Shown: piece by piece, positions 12,801 to 26,987 of the stretch | Position numbering within the stretch: the first letter of the stretch is position 1 | Layout: each line of letters opens with the position of its first letter | Origin: Octopus vulgaris | Lineage: Eukaryota | DNA: 64,000 nucleotides | Direction: 5' to 3' | Assembly: GCA_951406725.2 (NCBI GenBank) | Contig: OX597831.1 | Span: forward strand, 40,114,001 to 40,178,000 | The notes under the pieces: generated by a model | Told to the model about the DNA's origin: nothing | Database searches by the model: none | Seen by the model: only the letters and a program-made list of their open reading frames with translations | Position numbers and translations under genes: made by a program

Positions 12801-13860
12801 ATTTCGCAAAGTTAGGAAAATTTGCAAAACCGGAATCTATAACAACAAAAATTCTCTTTACTGAAGCCAGAACAATGTCTGTCACAGCAAGCCAGGTGTA
12901 GCTTGTACAAAGGCGCCACCGAATTATATTTAGAACAATTGTGTTTTGTAACAAAACGCATGTGTGTATGACTCTTAACATTAATCAATGTGGGAGCAAA
13001 AGAAGTGAGGGGTGATGGTGGTAGTTTGGGGTTATGTCCCTGTTTCTCCATTCAGCGACTTTAGTTTTTCTCTTCCAGTCAGCAGTTGAGTGTATCAGTC
13101 CAAATATAGAATTGAAAATCTGGTGGATTTTTTCCAATAGTCTTAATCGTCAGCATTTAGGTTATTTCACCAATTGAACTCCTGCTTATGACAGAAGCAG
13201 CATTAATACTTAGAGGTGATGTCACTGCTATTTCTAGTAGTTGAGTGTCTATCATTGATGAGACCAAGGAATGTTGAAATCACGTGATATATATGAATGA
13301 CAGAGGTGGTTTTAACTTATTAGTGCCTAAATTTTTTTATTTGATTTGTTATGGAATCTCAAAGCTACAAGATAATACATGATTAATTCAAACGACTGTG
13401 AATAAAGATTAACATTTGACAGACTAATCTGAATGCTAAAAGGTTAAAGTTATCCCAAACTAAAATCTCCCAACCATGCATATTGCGGTGCTTAAGCACA
13501 TTGACCAACATGTAGGCTTTTCTGCTCTTTGCTCTACTTTCACTTTCCTCTTGTATATAACTGACATTTCTAGTCATCACTTTTCAACACTGAAACCACA
13601 CTTGGTAGGCATGTAGGCACTTTTTTCAAAGTGCAGTGTTATGGGTTCAAATCTGTAATTAAAACACCCTTGTCAGCTATTTACTAATATTTAATTGTTG
13701 TTTGTGGGCATGACTTTTTGGTTAAGAAGCTTGCTTTGCAACCAGGTGGCTTCAGGTTCAACCCCACTGCGTGGCAACTTGGGCAAGTTACTTCTATTAT
13801 AGCTCCAGGCTGACCAAAGCCTTGTGAGTGAATTTGATAGATGGAAACTATGTGGAAGCT

Positions 13861-13928
<68 letters not shown>

Positions 13929-13934
13929 GTAAAG

Positions 13935-14255
13935 GGCCCCCTTTGGTCATGAATGACCATGAGATTACACCTAGAAACTTACCCTCACATGCACAAGTCC
14001 AGGCTAAGCTGTTTTATGGAATACCAGCAGTTGCCCATGCATACCAGCCTCTTCTCTCTATGCCACCAATGTTTTCCAAGAGAAAAGCAAAGACCAATAC
14101 AGCACAGCACCAGCGATGTGGCAGCTCATTTCTATAGATGAATGAACTGGCACAATGTGAAATAGTTTCTTGCTCAAGAACACAACACAGCCTGGTCTAG
14201 GAATCAAACTCACTACTTCATGACAGTGAGTCTGGTGCTCTGAGCCATGCGTCTT
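13935..14255 (-). mobile_element. SINE family D (tRNA head, GTTCTTGAGCAAGA segment)
   Basis: Minus strand GCATGGCTCAG...GAGTTTGATTCC...GTGTTCTTGAGCAAGA...TTTCTAGGTGTAATCTCATGGTCATTCATGACC; related copies at ~36280-36635(-), 37505-37805(+), 50073-50375(+), 60557-60750(-). Confidence 0.75.
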
Positions 14256-14274
14256 CAATATATATATATATTTT

Positions 14275-14430
14275 TTTTTCTCTCCTTGTTTTTTTCTCTG
14301 TCCCTTTCTGTAGAAGAGCGTAGGCTTGCAACGTAAAAGACTTTTTCTATTCCTGAGCATTATACTAATACATTTGTTTGTTTTGTACACCACCTATCTT
14401 CATCTTTTGTTTTTTTCGTAAACTCTCCCT
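14275..14430 (+). mobile_element. Penelope-like pseudo-LTR fragment with decayed hammerhead-like motif (copy 2 of 3)
   Basis: CTTT-CTGTAGA-A-GAGC-GTAG-GCTT-GCAAC-GTA-AAAG plus the shared downstream sequence. Confidence 0.5.
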
Positions 14431-14439
14431 ATATATATA

Positions 14440-14690
14440 GCGCCGCCTTGGCTGGCTTCCGTGCCAGTGGCACGTTAAAAGCACCAACCAATCGTGGCCG
14501 ATGCCAGACCCCCCCCCCCCGGCACCTGTGCAGGTGGCACGTAAAAAGCACCCACTACACTCGCGGAGTGGTTGGCGTTAGGAAGGGCATCCAGCTGTAG
14601 AAACACTGCCAGATCAGACTGGAGCCTGGTCGAACCGTCCAACCCGTGCTAGCGCGGAAGACGGACGTTAAACGATGATGATGATGATAG
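14440..14690 (+). mobile_element. Retroposon 3' end with (GAT)n tail
   Basis: GGCACGTAAAAAGCACCCACTACACTC...GGCGTTAGGAAGGGCATCCAGCTGTAGAAAC...GGACGTTAAACGATGATGATGATG; related at ~25680-26040(+), 21950-22100(-), 22885-23060(-), 30105-30255(-). Confidence 0.7.
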
Positions 14691-16195
14691 GTATTTCATC
14701 ATATATGTGTGTCTTTATCCTCTATCACTGCTTGACAACTGGTGTTGGTTTGTTTATGTCCCCATAACTTAGCAGTTCAGCAAAAGAGACCAATAGAATA
14801 AGTACCAAGCAACAAGAAAATAAGTACTGGGGTTGATTCGTTGGACTAATCCTTTCAAGGCAGTGCCCCAGTATGGCCATGGTTTGATGACCAAAGCAAG
14901 TAGAAGATAAAAAGTAACGAAATAACAACATCTAGGTCCATTGAATTTTATTTTATTCTTCTTGTAATTCTTCCTTTTATTTCATACCCCACCCCCCATC
15001 TTGCCACTGTTTGCATGTGTATATATGTACTCAACTGCGGCTCTTTTGCATTGAATCTCTCCTATAAAGTTATGTAAGACATCCATGTACAAAAGGCTTT
15101 CTCTGTTCTGAAATCAATGTCTTGCTTCACGTTCCCCTCAAGCTGTCATTTGTGTGCTGCAGACAGAAAGACAGAAGATGTTGTCTTTTGTTCCGCTCTT
15201 GGTATTAAATCATATCTCCAGGGCGGAAAAAAAAAAAAAGATGACAAAATAGAAGAGGCCATCTAACTTCATTGAATGTACATATGTACTACAGCTTCAT
15301 TCATTAATTATGAAAGTGGCTCTGTGTGTGTGTGTCTGTGTACATACATACACATGTATGCATCTTTACATGTGTGTGCATACATAAGTATACATTTGTA
15401 CATATGTGTATGCATGGATATATATATATATATGTATGTATGTATGTATAGTCTATGTATGAATACATATGTATATGTTTGTATATATGTGCATGTTGTG
15501 TGTATGTATGTTTATTTCTTTCAATAAATATGCTCATTTAAATATTATATAAATATAGGTTTATATGTATGTGTATATGTATATGTCTGTGTAAACACAT
15601 ATTTAGGTGTATATGCATACACATACAGCCTCAAGTAAAACGTGATAAATAAAATGATTCTTTTTCTCCCCATTTGTTTTATATACCTTAATAAGAAGAA
15701 AGGTACATCAAAAATATATTAGTGTAATTGCTCTCAATAAAACTCTCAAAAACTCTCAAGATTCCACTCAATGAATGAAACTCTTTTACCCTCTTATGTA
15801 TACCAGTTCTCTTTCTAATACCTATAAATCACCTTCTTTTAAGTCCATGTTACCTCACAGACGCATTCTGTACATAATTCACAACAAATGTTCACCTGTC
15901 GTTTATAATTGTCCACATCGTCACCACCATTGCCATTATCATAGGTTTTAAGCTCGTTAGTTTCAGTTTGATTGATGAGCATCTAATCAGTATCACCTGT
16001 CGCTCTCTATCTATCTGTCTATACATATATGTATATAAGAGGGATGACCTCTTATATATATATATGTAATATAATTTTCTGAACCTTCTGATTTTAATAT
16101 GCTAGACCACTGGTTTTAAATTGATATTAATCAACTTAATATTCAATTTTCCACCCTCATTTTAAATTATATATATGTGTATATATATATATATA

Positions 16196-16590
16196 GGCAC
16201 AGGAGTGGCTGTGTGGTAAGTAGCTTGTTTACCAACCACATGGTTCTGGGTTCAGTCCCACTGCGTGGCACCTTGCGCAAGTGTTTTCTACTATAGCCTC
16301 AGGCCGACCAAAGCCTTGTGAGTGGATTTGGTAGACGGAAACTGAAAGAAGCCCGTCGTATATATGTGTATATGTATGCGTGTGTGTGTTTGTCCCCCTA
16401 GCATTGCTTGACAACCGATGCTGGTGTGTTTATGTCCCCGTTACTTAGCGGTTCGGCAAAAGAGACCGATAGAATAAGTACTGGGCTTACAAAAGAATAA
16501 GTCCCGGGGTCGAGTTGCTCGATTAAAGGCGGTGCTCCAGCATGGCCGCAGTCAAATGACTGAAACAAATAAAAGAGTAAAATAAAAAGA
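16196..16590 (+). mobile_element. SINE family A, near full length
   Basis: Complete head-core-microsatellite-tail. Other copies: 24886-25170, 25188-25580, 32320-32692(-), 34268-34650, 53110-53513(-), 54715-54905(-), 57765-58175, 58300-58720, 63735-64000. Confidence 0.9.
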
Positions 16591-16618
16591 GAGTAAAGAG
16601 TATATATATATATATACA

Positions 16619-17094
16619 CATGGTCTGATCAATAAGTATCTGGACTGTTGTCATAGTAACGAGCTAAAGCATGCAAAGTGAATCTGCTCGGCACCGATTG
16701 ACCTTGAACTCTGCTGTGCATGAGCACAAAATTTTAACATTCTAGCTCACTTCCGCTGTTTACAGCAGTGCTTGGAAGGAAGGTGTGTAGCGTGTGATTG
16801 TCGCATTGACCATGATAGAGAAAGTTGAGCAGAGAATTTGCATTAAATTTTGCCAAAAGCTTGATGATATCTGCTCAGAGGCCTATGCTAAGTTTTCAAA
16901 AAGTTTTCATTGTTCTCGACACAATCAAGGAGATCTTGTGCAACTGAAACCCCGAGTGTCTTTTTGGTCAGCTGAATGCAGTTTTGGCACAAATTTGACA
17001 GACACGCATCTCATACCCAAGTCTTCAGTGATAATGGACTGAACTGAACTGTAACTAATCTGCACATCCTCTGATAACTCACAGATGGTGATTC
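16619..17094. mobile_element. Truncated copy of the rearranged non-autonomous mariner family (see 51527-52321)
   Basis: TIR GGTCTGATCAATAAGTATC; + strand MIEKVEQRICIKFCQKL joined to minus-strand RITICELSEDVQISYSSVQSIITEDLGMRCVSVKFVPKL. Confidence 0.85.
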
Positions 17095-18806
17095 TATTTG
17101 GTAGACGGAAACTGAAAGAAGCCCGTCTCATGTATGTGTTTATATATGTGTATGTGTGTGTCTGTGTTTGTCCCACCAACATCGCTTGACAACCGATGCT
17201 GGTGTGTATAAGTCCCCGTAACTTAGCAGTTCGGCAAAAGAGACCGATGGAATAAGTACTAGGCTTACAAAGAATAAGTCCTGAGGTCGATTTGCTCGAC
17301 TAAAGGCAGTGCTCCAGCATGGTCACAGTCAAATGACAGAAACAAGTAAAAGAGTAAGAATAAAGAGAGAGAATTTTGGTAATTTGATATAAACACCAAG
17401 AAATTTGGTAAAAGTGAAGCCATAATTATTGCATGTATGCCACATGCCCAGGGTGGCAAAATTTTAATTCCAAACTATATCATCATAACAGGTGACACTC
17501 TGGGAGTAGGGAATCGAAAGGTTTTTGTAATTTCATTGTGTTGGTGTTAATATTTAAATAACTTGGCATATAAGATGTGGAAGGATTAAATTAAGACGGC
17601 TGTCCTTCACTAAACCGTTCTCTAAAACCAGGGCTTTGGCTGTCAGTTGCAGGCTACAGAATGTATCTTTTATAATCTGTTTTCAAGATATCACATGCGG
17701 ATATGTGTGTGTATGTATATATATTGTATGTATGAATGCATGGGTATATAACGTATATAATGTATATGTATATATATATGTGTGTGTGTGTGTGTATGTA
17801 TCTATATTTGTGTGTGTGTGTGTATGTATCTATATTTGTGTATGTGTATGTATCTATATTTGTGTATGTGTGTATATATGTATATATCTGTATTTGTGTG
17901 TGTGTGTTTATGTGCATGTATATATATATATATACACACATGCATATAAATGAATGTGTATATGTAAATATATGTATGTGTGTATGTATGTATATATATA
18001 TAAAAATATATGTATAACTATATGTATAAATATATTCATATATATGTATATGGTGTATAAAACAATAAAAATGTGGACATATTGGAAGTATATAATATAC
18101 ATGCATATATGTATATATATTAAACCATATGACTTTCATAAGGTTACAGCTGTTTCACAGCCTTCTTCATGTATTAATTTTAGAATGGAAGAAATTATGC
18201 ATACATGTTTGCATTAATATGTATGCTCAAGATTATACAATTATATACTGACTATGTATGTATATATAATGTATGTGTGTGTGTATATATATGTGTATTT
18301 GTATATGTGAATTCATATATATGAGCACAAGCCTGGTCATATGGTTAAGATGTTTGTAGTTCTGCGTTCAGTTTATCTGCACGGCACATTGGACAATTGC
18401 CTTCTACTGTAGCCCTGGGTTGATCAAAGCCTTATATGTGGATTTGGTTGGAGGAAACTGAAAGAAGCTCATTGTATGTAGTTGTGTCTCCTTGACTTGT
18501 CATGTAACCACTGTAAATATATGTCATCCTTTGATGACAGTGTTATGAAATTTTCAATATCTGACGCGTAAAGCTTATCCTGCCATTGGGGGAATATTAC
18601 TTAGTTTGGATACAATGAGGGTTGGCAACAAGAATGGTATCCAGCCTTAGAAATTCTACCAGAAGGAAGTCAGTATGATTTCTGTAACTGGAAAAGTGAC
18701 CCTTATCATGATAATGACCATGCATATGTGTAAGTAAATATATATATATGCATATTTTGTATTTGGATTTGGTTTGTAAGATTCTTTACGCGAGTTCATG
18801 TGTTGA

Positions 18807-19088
18807 AGCATACTCTGTTGTGTCTAGGGAGAGTCATTCTCTTTTGTTGCCAAATAATTTAACACACTCACCAGTAAAATTTCCACTTATTTCTTTTTAG
18901 TTTTCTAAAATTTTCGTTGCATCTTGCAACCTTTTCAATAGAGTCAACAACTATTGAAAAGGTTGCAAGACGCAACGAAAATTTTAGGAAAATAAAAAAG
19001 AAATAAGTGGAAATTTTACCGGTGAGTGTGTTAAATTATTTGGCACCAAAAGAGAATGACTCTTCCCAGACACAACAGAATGTATGCT
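18807..19088. repeat. Long near-perfect inverted repeat (~135-bp arms, 9-nt loop)
   Basis: 18807-18941 is the reverse complement of 18951-19088 with few mismatches (...GCAACCTTTTCAATAG agtcaacaa CTATTGAAAAGGTTGC...). Confidence 0.95.
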
Positions 19089-19169
19089 ATTATACAAGAC
19101 ATATAGTGATACATATTGCTCTCTCTCTTTCTCCATCTATATATGCAAACAAATACATTCACACATACA

Positions 19170-20227
19170 CAGGGTGTTCATAAATTATCTTTACAACTTG
19201 AATGTATTGTATCTGTTAAAAGTCGAGCTGTGTGGGAGACCTCCATGTCAAATAATTAGCCTGACATTTACTCTGCTTGTTGTAAAAGGCATTTGAAACA
19301 GGTTGAGGTAGGATTTGCATTCTGACCACGTAAAACTCACCAGCAATGACCACTAAGCATAGCTAGATGGGGCAGTACTTTTAAAGGGGCATCACTTTTG
19401 GGTCTACTGTAGGCAGTATGTTTTTTTTTTCTAGGGAAGAGTTACCCCAGACAAATGGAAGGGCCGTCCTGGACAGCACACACTCTAACTACACTAGTGG
19501 TAATGAATACCTGAACAGACTCATTAGTTGGAAGTTTGTCATGCTGCAAAGGTGTCATCTGTCAGGAGTAAGGAATCATCAACAAATGATGGATTCAGTG
19601 ATATGCTGTAACAGCATATGCCCCCTCACTGTTACTAATAATAATGATAATAATGGACTCTCCCATCGAAGACAATGTATGAACAATAAGCTTTTGCTAA
19701 ACGACTTGCTCGAATTATTTGCTTATAGTGATCGAACGTTTGTGCTGCACATTAGGTCACTCTCTCCATCAAATTGGCATTGTCTGAACAGGTGCACAAG
19801 TGCACCACACTGGTGTAATTTATTTATAGAGCAATGCGAGATGAAGTGTTTTGTTCAAAAACACAATGCACCACCCAGACTGGGAATTGAAACCACAATA
19901 TCGCGATTGTGAGTGCAATTCCCTAACCACCAGGCTATGTGCTCTCACAACAACAACAATAATAATACTTTTATTGGCTACAAGGGCCAAACACAAAACA
20001 AATAGGAACAATACAAGGGACAAGGGTGTTGAACAATGCAAAAAAAAATAATAATAATAAAGTTAAATCGATCGATTACCAATGGAGCCCACATTGAAGT
20101 GTTCTGATGTCTCAAAACTCAATTTGTTTTCCTATGTTTCCCAATAAATGCTGTTGAGTTATCCTTAGATTTCTTTTTTCCTTTTTTTTTTTTTTTTCAT
20201 GTGTAAAGATAATTTATGGACACCCTG
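19170..20227. mobile_element. Decayed Tc1/mariner-type element with 26-bp TIRs
   Basis: CAGGGTGTTCATAAATTATCTTTACA at left and TGTAAAGATAATTTATGGACACCCTG-TA at right; degenerate interior with nested SINE fragments; ends 56 bp before the 20284 exon. Confidence 0.8.
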
Positions 20228-20283
20228 TATTTCACCAAACGTGCATTGTTCAAAACTCTGTGATTCTTTGTTTTCTTTTTCAG

Positions 20284-20377
20284 GTTATGAAAATCCGAGA
20301 AACTCTACAGCAATTAAAACGCCCACAGGGACTGTATCCTATCTACCTTAATCCCAGAACAGGAAAATGGGGGCAGC
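20284..20377 (+). CDS. MAN1A: MAN1A-like exon
   Basis: tttcttttt cag acceptor; VMKIRETLQQLKRPQGLYPIYLNPRTGKWGQ; donor C|gtgagt; 94 bp; phase matches neighbouring exons. Confidence 0.95.
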
Positions 20378-21697
20378 GTGAGTACATCTTTTCCTCCTCT
20401 TTTTCTTACTGCTTCATGTACTGTTTACACTATCCCCACACATGATGGCAGCAACTCAAGTTTCAAGCAATGCCATCATTTCATGGTTCCCTTAACCTTT
20501 TTTATTATTTAAACCAGGAAATCCATCTGTTTTATGTTAAAACCAGCCAGATCTGGCCTCTCACGCCTACCCTACAGTGTCATCCAAAAGATATACAATC
20601 ACATCATTAAAGTATTGAAGTAGCATGAATGTGGCTTTACATTCCTGCTATGGAACTACACCCTTTTGTACAAGTGTAACAATGATGGGCACTTCTTACA
20701 GTAGGTGTTAGTTTACTGCCCATGGTTACACAAGCCTTCATTCTGTCATGAAATTTTTGAGTGTTTTGCCTTTTTTGGCCACAGCCAAAGACACTATGTG
20801 ACACATAACAGATGTTAAAAATCAAGTGTTCTCTATGCTTGAGGCTTTTTTTAAAGTGAAGAAAAACTTTGTACAGAGCCAATTCCACTATGTTAATGAT
20901 GTATGCATTCGCCTGAAAAGAACCAGTCTACATTATTGGATGCAAAAAAATGTTGCAGGTGTAACATTATTAGTTTTCCTCCTAGAGAGATGTCTAAACA
21001 AAGATTTGGTGTCTCTCTCTCTCTTGTTCCCAGCTGTTGGATGGATGTTAACTCTACTTGTCCAACAACAAGTTTTGTTTTTGCCCTGCAGGGTGCGGAC
21101 AGCCTTATCATATGACTAATTGTACTGGATTACATTACCTATAGCTCTGAGAGTGACCTGACTTAATTCTCTCTCTCTCTCTCTCACACACACATGTATG
21201 TAACAAGCTGGATATTGTTGTTTGGGTCAGACAAGAAAAAGTATGTACTTTTGTAGAAGTACAGGCTTAAACCTCCAGCTATTATACCCAGATTATAAAC
21301 TCTCGTTTATTCTAATTATATATAATTGGTGTGTTTGGTTTTGTTAGTAAGTGCTTAAGTGATAAGGATTTTCTGATGTAGAAATCGAACAGCTAACTCG
21401 CACGTCACAATTACAATTTGTAAGCAGAACTGTAAAAATATGTAAGACTTTTATAAAGTTTAACATGTTATATTGCTTTTCTTATCTACATTCCAACAAC
21501 AGAGTTTTGTATCATTGTTAGAAACCAGCTCCTTTATAATTGTTATATAGTTGAATATTTTCCAAATGTGTATTGGCACTTCATCAGGTGAAATACAATT
21601 CTTGCTGGATTTTTCTGAATACTCTTGGGTATATGATGTACGTTTCTTTCAACCAATCAGATTCTGGGGGAATTTTATATATCTATATATCTATCTA

Positions 21698-21738
<41 letters not shown>

Positions 21739-22566
21739 TATTAGGGTAATAAGAATTATAGAAATTATTATTACCAGTGGCCTAGCACAAAAAAAATAGT
21801 CAATAGACTATATATTATTTACATAAAAATATTGTGTACATTAGAACACATTAAGCGGCTTCCAAATAGGAAAGCCTTGTGCTAGAAAGAGCAGTAGAAA
21901 ACTCACACCACTAATTATGGATAAATTCTCGAAAGGACTGAAAATTATCATCAACATTGTTTAATGTCTGCCTTCCATGCTGGCATGGGTTGGATGGTTT
22001 GACAGAAGCTGGCAAGGCAGAAGACTGCACAAGGCTTTTGTGTCTGTTTTGGCACAGTTTTTACAGCTGGATGCCCTTCCTAACACCAACTACCCAGCAG
22101 AAATATATATATATATAGGAATAAAAGATTTCAAAGCACATATAAAGCTATAAATAATATGTTAATATTGGACTGAAAACCCCTTTTGAATCGAAAAAGT
22201 CAACTTTTTTACCTATCCAAAAGGAATTTGCATCCCAATATTTTACCTACTGTTGTTTACAGTTTTATGTGTGTTCCAACAAGAGAGCTATGTATCATTG
22301 TTAGAAACCAGCTCCTTCCTTACAAGAAGACTTCAAATAATTAAAAATAGAAGTGAACATACATACATACATATTTGCATGTTCTTTCTATCATTGTAAT
22401 ATCTTAATTAGTAATTAGCTGCTTCCTGTTTGTTCCTGCCCGTGTTTTATTTTTCATTGATTGAAATTCTCTTACTAAAACAATGTCAACAGCAATTAAT
22501 TTTTAAATCTTAATTCATGATTAATTAAATTTGTTTTTTGTTTCTCCCCTTGTATATCTATATCAG

Positions 22567-22682
22567 ACCACTTCTCAGTCGGAGCAATGGGCGACAGCTT
22601 CTACGAATACTTGCTGAAAACCTGGCTCTACACAGGAAAGAAAGACACTGTTGCACGACAGATGTATGACGAAGCCGTTATG
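22567..22682 (+). CDS. MAN1A: MAN1A-like exon with catalytic-region GDSFYEYLLK motif
   Basis: tatcag acceptor; (H)HFSVGAMGDSFYEYLLKTWLYTGKKDTVARQMYDEAVM; donor ATG|gtaagc; 116 bp. Confidence 0.97.
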
Positions 22683-24259
22683 GTAAGCACGAACCTAATA
22701 ACCACCTTTGCATGTGTCAAGCATTCTTGTTTTTCTAAGCTCATTTCTGTTAGAAATTGCAGCCAAATCTCCTCCAGATTACTGCATACCGTTGTCTTGA
22801 AATTGGAAATGTGCATTAGATTATGTGGTCCTTTGGAATTGGTCATGGCTAGAATGATTTTCTTCGTAGGTCCATGTGATGACTATCATCATCATCATTT
22901 TGCGTCTGCTTTCCATGGGTTAGACAGTTTGAATGAAACTGGTAAGCCGGAGAGCTGCAGGTTCTAATCTGATTTGGCATGATTTCTACGGCTGGATGCC
23001 CTTCCTGTAACCAACCACTCCAAGAGTATAATGGGTTCTTTTTACATCCTACTGGCACAGGTGCTTATTACTTGCCAGTGGCACAGATGCCAGTTACGTA
23101 ACACCAGTGTTGGCCATGGCTATGATTTCATTTGACTTGACGAGTCTTCGCAAGCTATTGCTAAAGGCTTCTGTTACTTATCACCTCCATGAGGCCTGAT
23201 GTTCGAAGGGTACATTTTATGTGCCACCAGTGCGGGTGCCTGTTGCCTGACACTGGCATTGGCCCTGACTCAGGATGAGAATTGACCTGGGGTTAAACAG
23301 ATAGCACCGACTACTCAATACTTTGTGAAACCTCAAAATGTTTTCAAACGGAAAGGACAAACAGACAGACAGAGAAAGACTTGTTTTCTGTTTCAAAGCA
23401 AAGTAATGAATGTTTACTCATATATATACGACAGGCTTCTTTCAGTTTCTGTCTACCAAATCCACTCACAAGGCTTTGGTTAGCCCGAGGCTATAGTAGA
23501 AGACATTTGCCCAAGGTGCCACGCAGTGGGACTGAACGTGGAACCATGTGGTTTGTAAGCAAGCTACTTACCACACAGCCACTACTACACCTACTTGAGT
23601 AATTTTAAAAAACACCTCCCTAAACAAATTCTTTATTAACTCTTCATCCAGAAGGAAGGAAGACTATGGTACCCACGCCAAAATTTGAACTTAGGAACTA
23701 ACTGGACCAACATAAAAGATACTGCAAGGCATCTTATCTCTAGCAAATTTCCTCCACTTAACTGCTTTTTGTTTGTTTGATTTTTTTCATCGACTATGCC
23801 CATCAGAAAAAAAAAAATGAGAGAACAAAGGGCAAAGTTTGGCACTCCTTTCAGACAAGATTTGAACTCTGTGCACAGACTACAGCACATTTCTATCCAC
23901 GGCTTTAACCACTTGGCCAACACCATTTCCTCTTACCTTCTTCATTATGGAAGTAGGTAAACAACATAAATCACATTTTCTTTCAAATTTTATGAGTTGG
24001 GGAAGGGGATGTGGTGGGGTGGGTACAAGGTAAGTGTTTGAGCTTTTGGTTTTTTTTTTCTCTCATTTTCTTCGTTTTTATTTTCATTTCTTCTGATGTT
24101 TCATTCTGTTGTATTTTCCTCCAAAGATTTATGACCAGCCTCCTCCTCCATCTTCTCCCTCCCCACTACCACCACCGGCCACTCCTCTCCCTTGTCTATT
24201 CTCCTTTCTTCCCTCCCACCTTTTTTTTTCTTTTCATCTTTCAGCATTTCTTGGAATTT

Positions 24260-24525
24260 TACTACTACTACTACCTTACTACAACCACCACCACCGCTAC
24301 CACTACAACCACCACCTAATACTACTGCCTCTACAACCACCACTACTGCTATCTCTACTGCCACTACTACTTCTGCTGCCACCACTGCTACTTCTGCAAA
24401 CACTATCACTACTACTATTACTACCTCTAGTACTACTGCTGCTGCTACTACCACTATCACCTTTACAAGCACCACATACTACTACTATCTCTACCTCCAA
24501 TACCACCGCCACTACTACTACTATA
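24260..24525. repeat. Degenerate (ACT/ACC/GCT)n trinucleotide repeat
   Basis: actactacc... tract giving poly-T/V/S/L ORFs in several frames. Confidence 0.9.
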
Positions 24526-26987
24526 TTCTTCTTCTTCTGTGTTCTTTATTTTCTCTTTTTCAATCCTCCACCCCTGCCACCCCCTTGAAGTTCTTCTCTT
24601 CTTATCATTCTTCACTTCTGTTTATCTTCTACTTTGTTCTGGAATTTCTCTTTGGGTGGGTGGGTGGAAGCTTAGCAAGATGCCTGTCATTGGGAGCAGA
24701 TTAGCCTTGATATAGGTTATATATCTCTGATATCGGTGTTTGCCTTGTTTGAACCTTATTCTTTAATCCTTTTACCTGTTTCAATCATTTGACTGCAGCC
24801 ATGCTGGAGCACCACCTTGAAGGGTTTTTAGTTGAAGAAATTAACCCCAGGACTTTTTTTTTTAATGCATAGTGTATATATATAGGCGCAGGAGTGGCTC
24901 TGTGGTAAGTAGCTTGCTAACCAACCACATGGTTCTGGAGCCTGTCGTATATATGTATATATATATATGTATGTGTGTGTTTGTGTTTGTCCCCCTAGCA
25001 TTGCTTGACAACTGAAGCTGGTGTGTTTACGTCCCCGTCACTTAGCGGTTCGGCAAAAGAGACCGATAGAATAAGTACTGGGCTTACAAAGAATAAGTCC
25101 CAGGGTCGATTTGCTCGACTAAAGGTGGTGCTATGCCGCAGTCAAATGACTGAAACAAGTAAAAGAGTAAAGATATATATATAAACAGGCACATGAGTGA
25201 CTGTGTGGTAAGTAGCTTGCTTACCAACCACATGGTTCCGGGTTCAGTCCCACTGTGTGGCACCTTGGGCAAGTGTCTTCTACTACAGCCTCAGGCTGAC
25301 CAAAGCCTTGTGAGTGGGTTTGGTAGATGGAAACTGAAAGAAGCCCGTCGTATATATGTATGTATGTATGTGTGTGTATGTTTGTGTGTCTGTGTTTGTC
25401 CCCCCACAACATCGCTTGACAACCGATGGTGGTGTGTCTACGTCCCTGTAACTTAGTGGTTTGGCAAAACAAACCGATAGAATAAGTACTAGGCTTACAA
25501 AGAATAAGTCCTGGGGTAGATTTGCTCGACTAAAGGCGATGCTCCAGCATGGCCACGGTCAAATGATTGAAACAAGTAAAAGTGAGTCACTTTTCCTGAA
25601 CCACCAAGTTACAGGGACGTAAACACACCAACACAAGTTGTCAAGCAGTGATGGTGAGGGGCAGACAAACACAGACACGTGGCTGAGTTCCTTTCAAGCG
25701 TTAGGCCTCAAGGAGGCAAAGTGACTGATTTCCTTTCGAGCACTGGGCCTCACAGAAGCAATGACTGAGACCTTTGTCATGCTTGAGAAGACAACCCATC
25801 AAGCTGAGCAAAATCACAGTCATGGCAAATACTGGGGTCATGCAAATGGTACCCATGCTAGTGGCACGTAAAAGCACCCATTACACTCTCAGTGTGGTTG
25901 GTATTAGGAAGGACATCCAGCCATGGAAAAACATGCCAAATCAGACTGGAGTCTGGTGCAGCCTTCCAACTTACTAGCCCTGGTCAAACCGTCCAATCCA
26001 TGTCAGCATGGACAATGGATGTTAAATGATGATGATGATATCTATATACAACAGGCTTCTTACAGTTTCTATTTACCAAATCCACTCACAAGGCTTTGAT
26101 TGGCCCAAGGTTATAGTAGAAGACACTTGGCCAAGGTGCTATGCAGTGAGACTGAACCCAGAACTATGTGTGTGGCTACGAAGCAAGCTTCTTACCACAC
26201 AGCCACGCCTGCACCTATTGTTAACATTTGCCCTCTCTATCTCTATCTCAGAAATAGCATTACCCCGATAGTGTTTGCCTTTTCTGTCTCTAATAAATTT
26301 CATGGACATAAACAAACCAACACCAATTGTCAAGTGTGTGTTGTATGGGGGCAGTTGATAAACAGACTCAATGATGCACATATATACATGTATGACAGGC
26401 TTCCGCATAGTTTCCATTGATGAAATTCCCACACAAGGTGTTTATTGGCATGGACCTATCGTGGAAGACACTTGGTGCAGGTGCTGCCACACAATGGGAC
26501 TGTACCTGGAGTCTAAAGGTGGCAAGCTGGCAGAAACGTTAGCACACAGGGCGAAAAGCGTAGCCGTATTTCATCAGCTGTTACGTTCTGAGTTCAAATT
26601 CCGCCGAGGTCGACTTTGCCTTTCATCCTTTCTGGGTCGATAAATTAAGTACAAGTTACGCACTGGGGTCGATGTAATCGACTTAATCCGTTTGTCTGTC
26701 CTTGTTTGTCCTCTCTGTGTTTAGTCTCTTGTGGGTTGTATGGAAATATGTACCTGGAGTCTTAACCACTCAGTCATTGGATAATGCTTTCTTAAAGATG
26801 TTTATTGCGTTGGTCATGGCTGGAACATCCTTCATATCCTCTGCTTAGTGCTACGATGATGACAACATCCAAAATGCAAATCTTCCAAGTAATTGATGAA
26901 TATTTTAAAAGATAACATCATTTCACTGTATTCTTGTTGCTGTTTGCAAAATAAAACTATAAAGAAAAGAACGACATAAATATTGGA

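Noticed and set aside
24101-24704. Mucin-like Thr-rich or Val-rich ORFs
   Set aside because: Degenerate trinucleotide repeat open on both strands, with no supporting splice context
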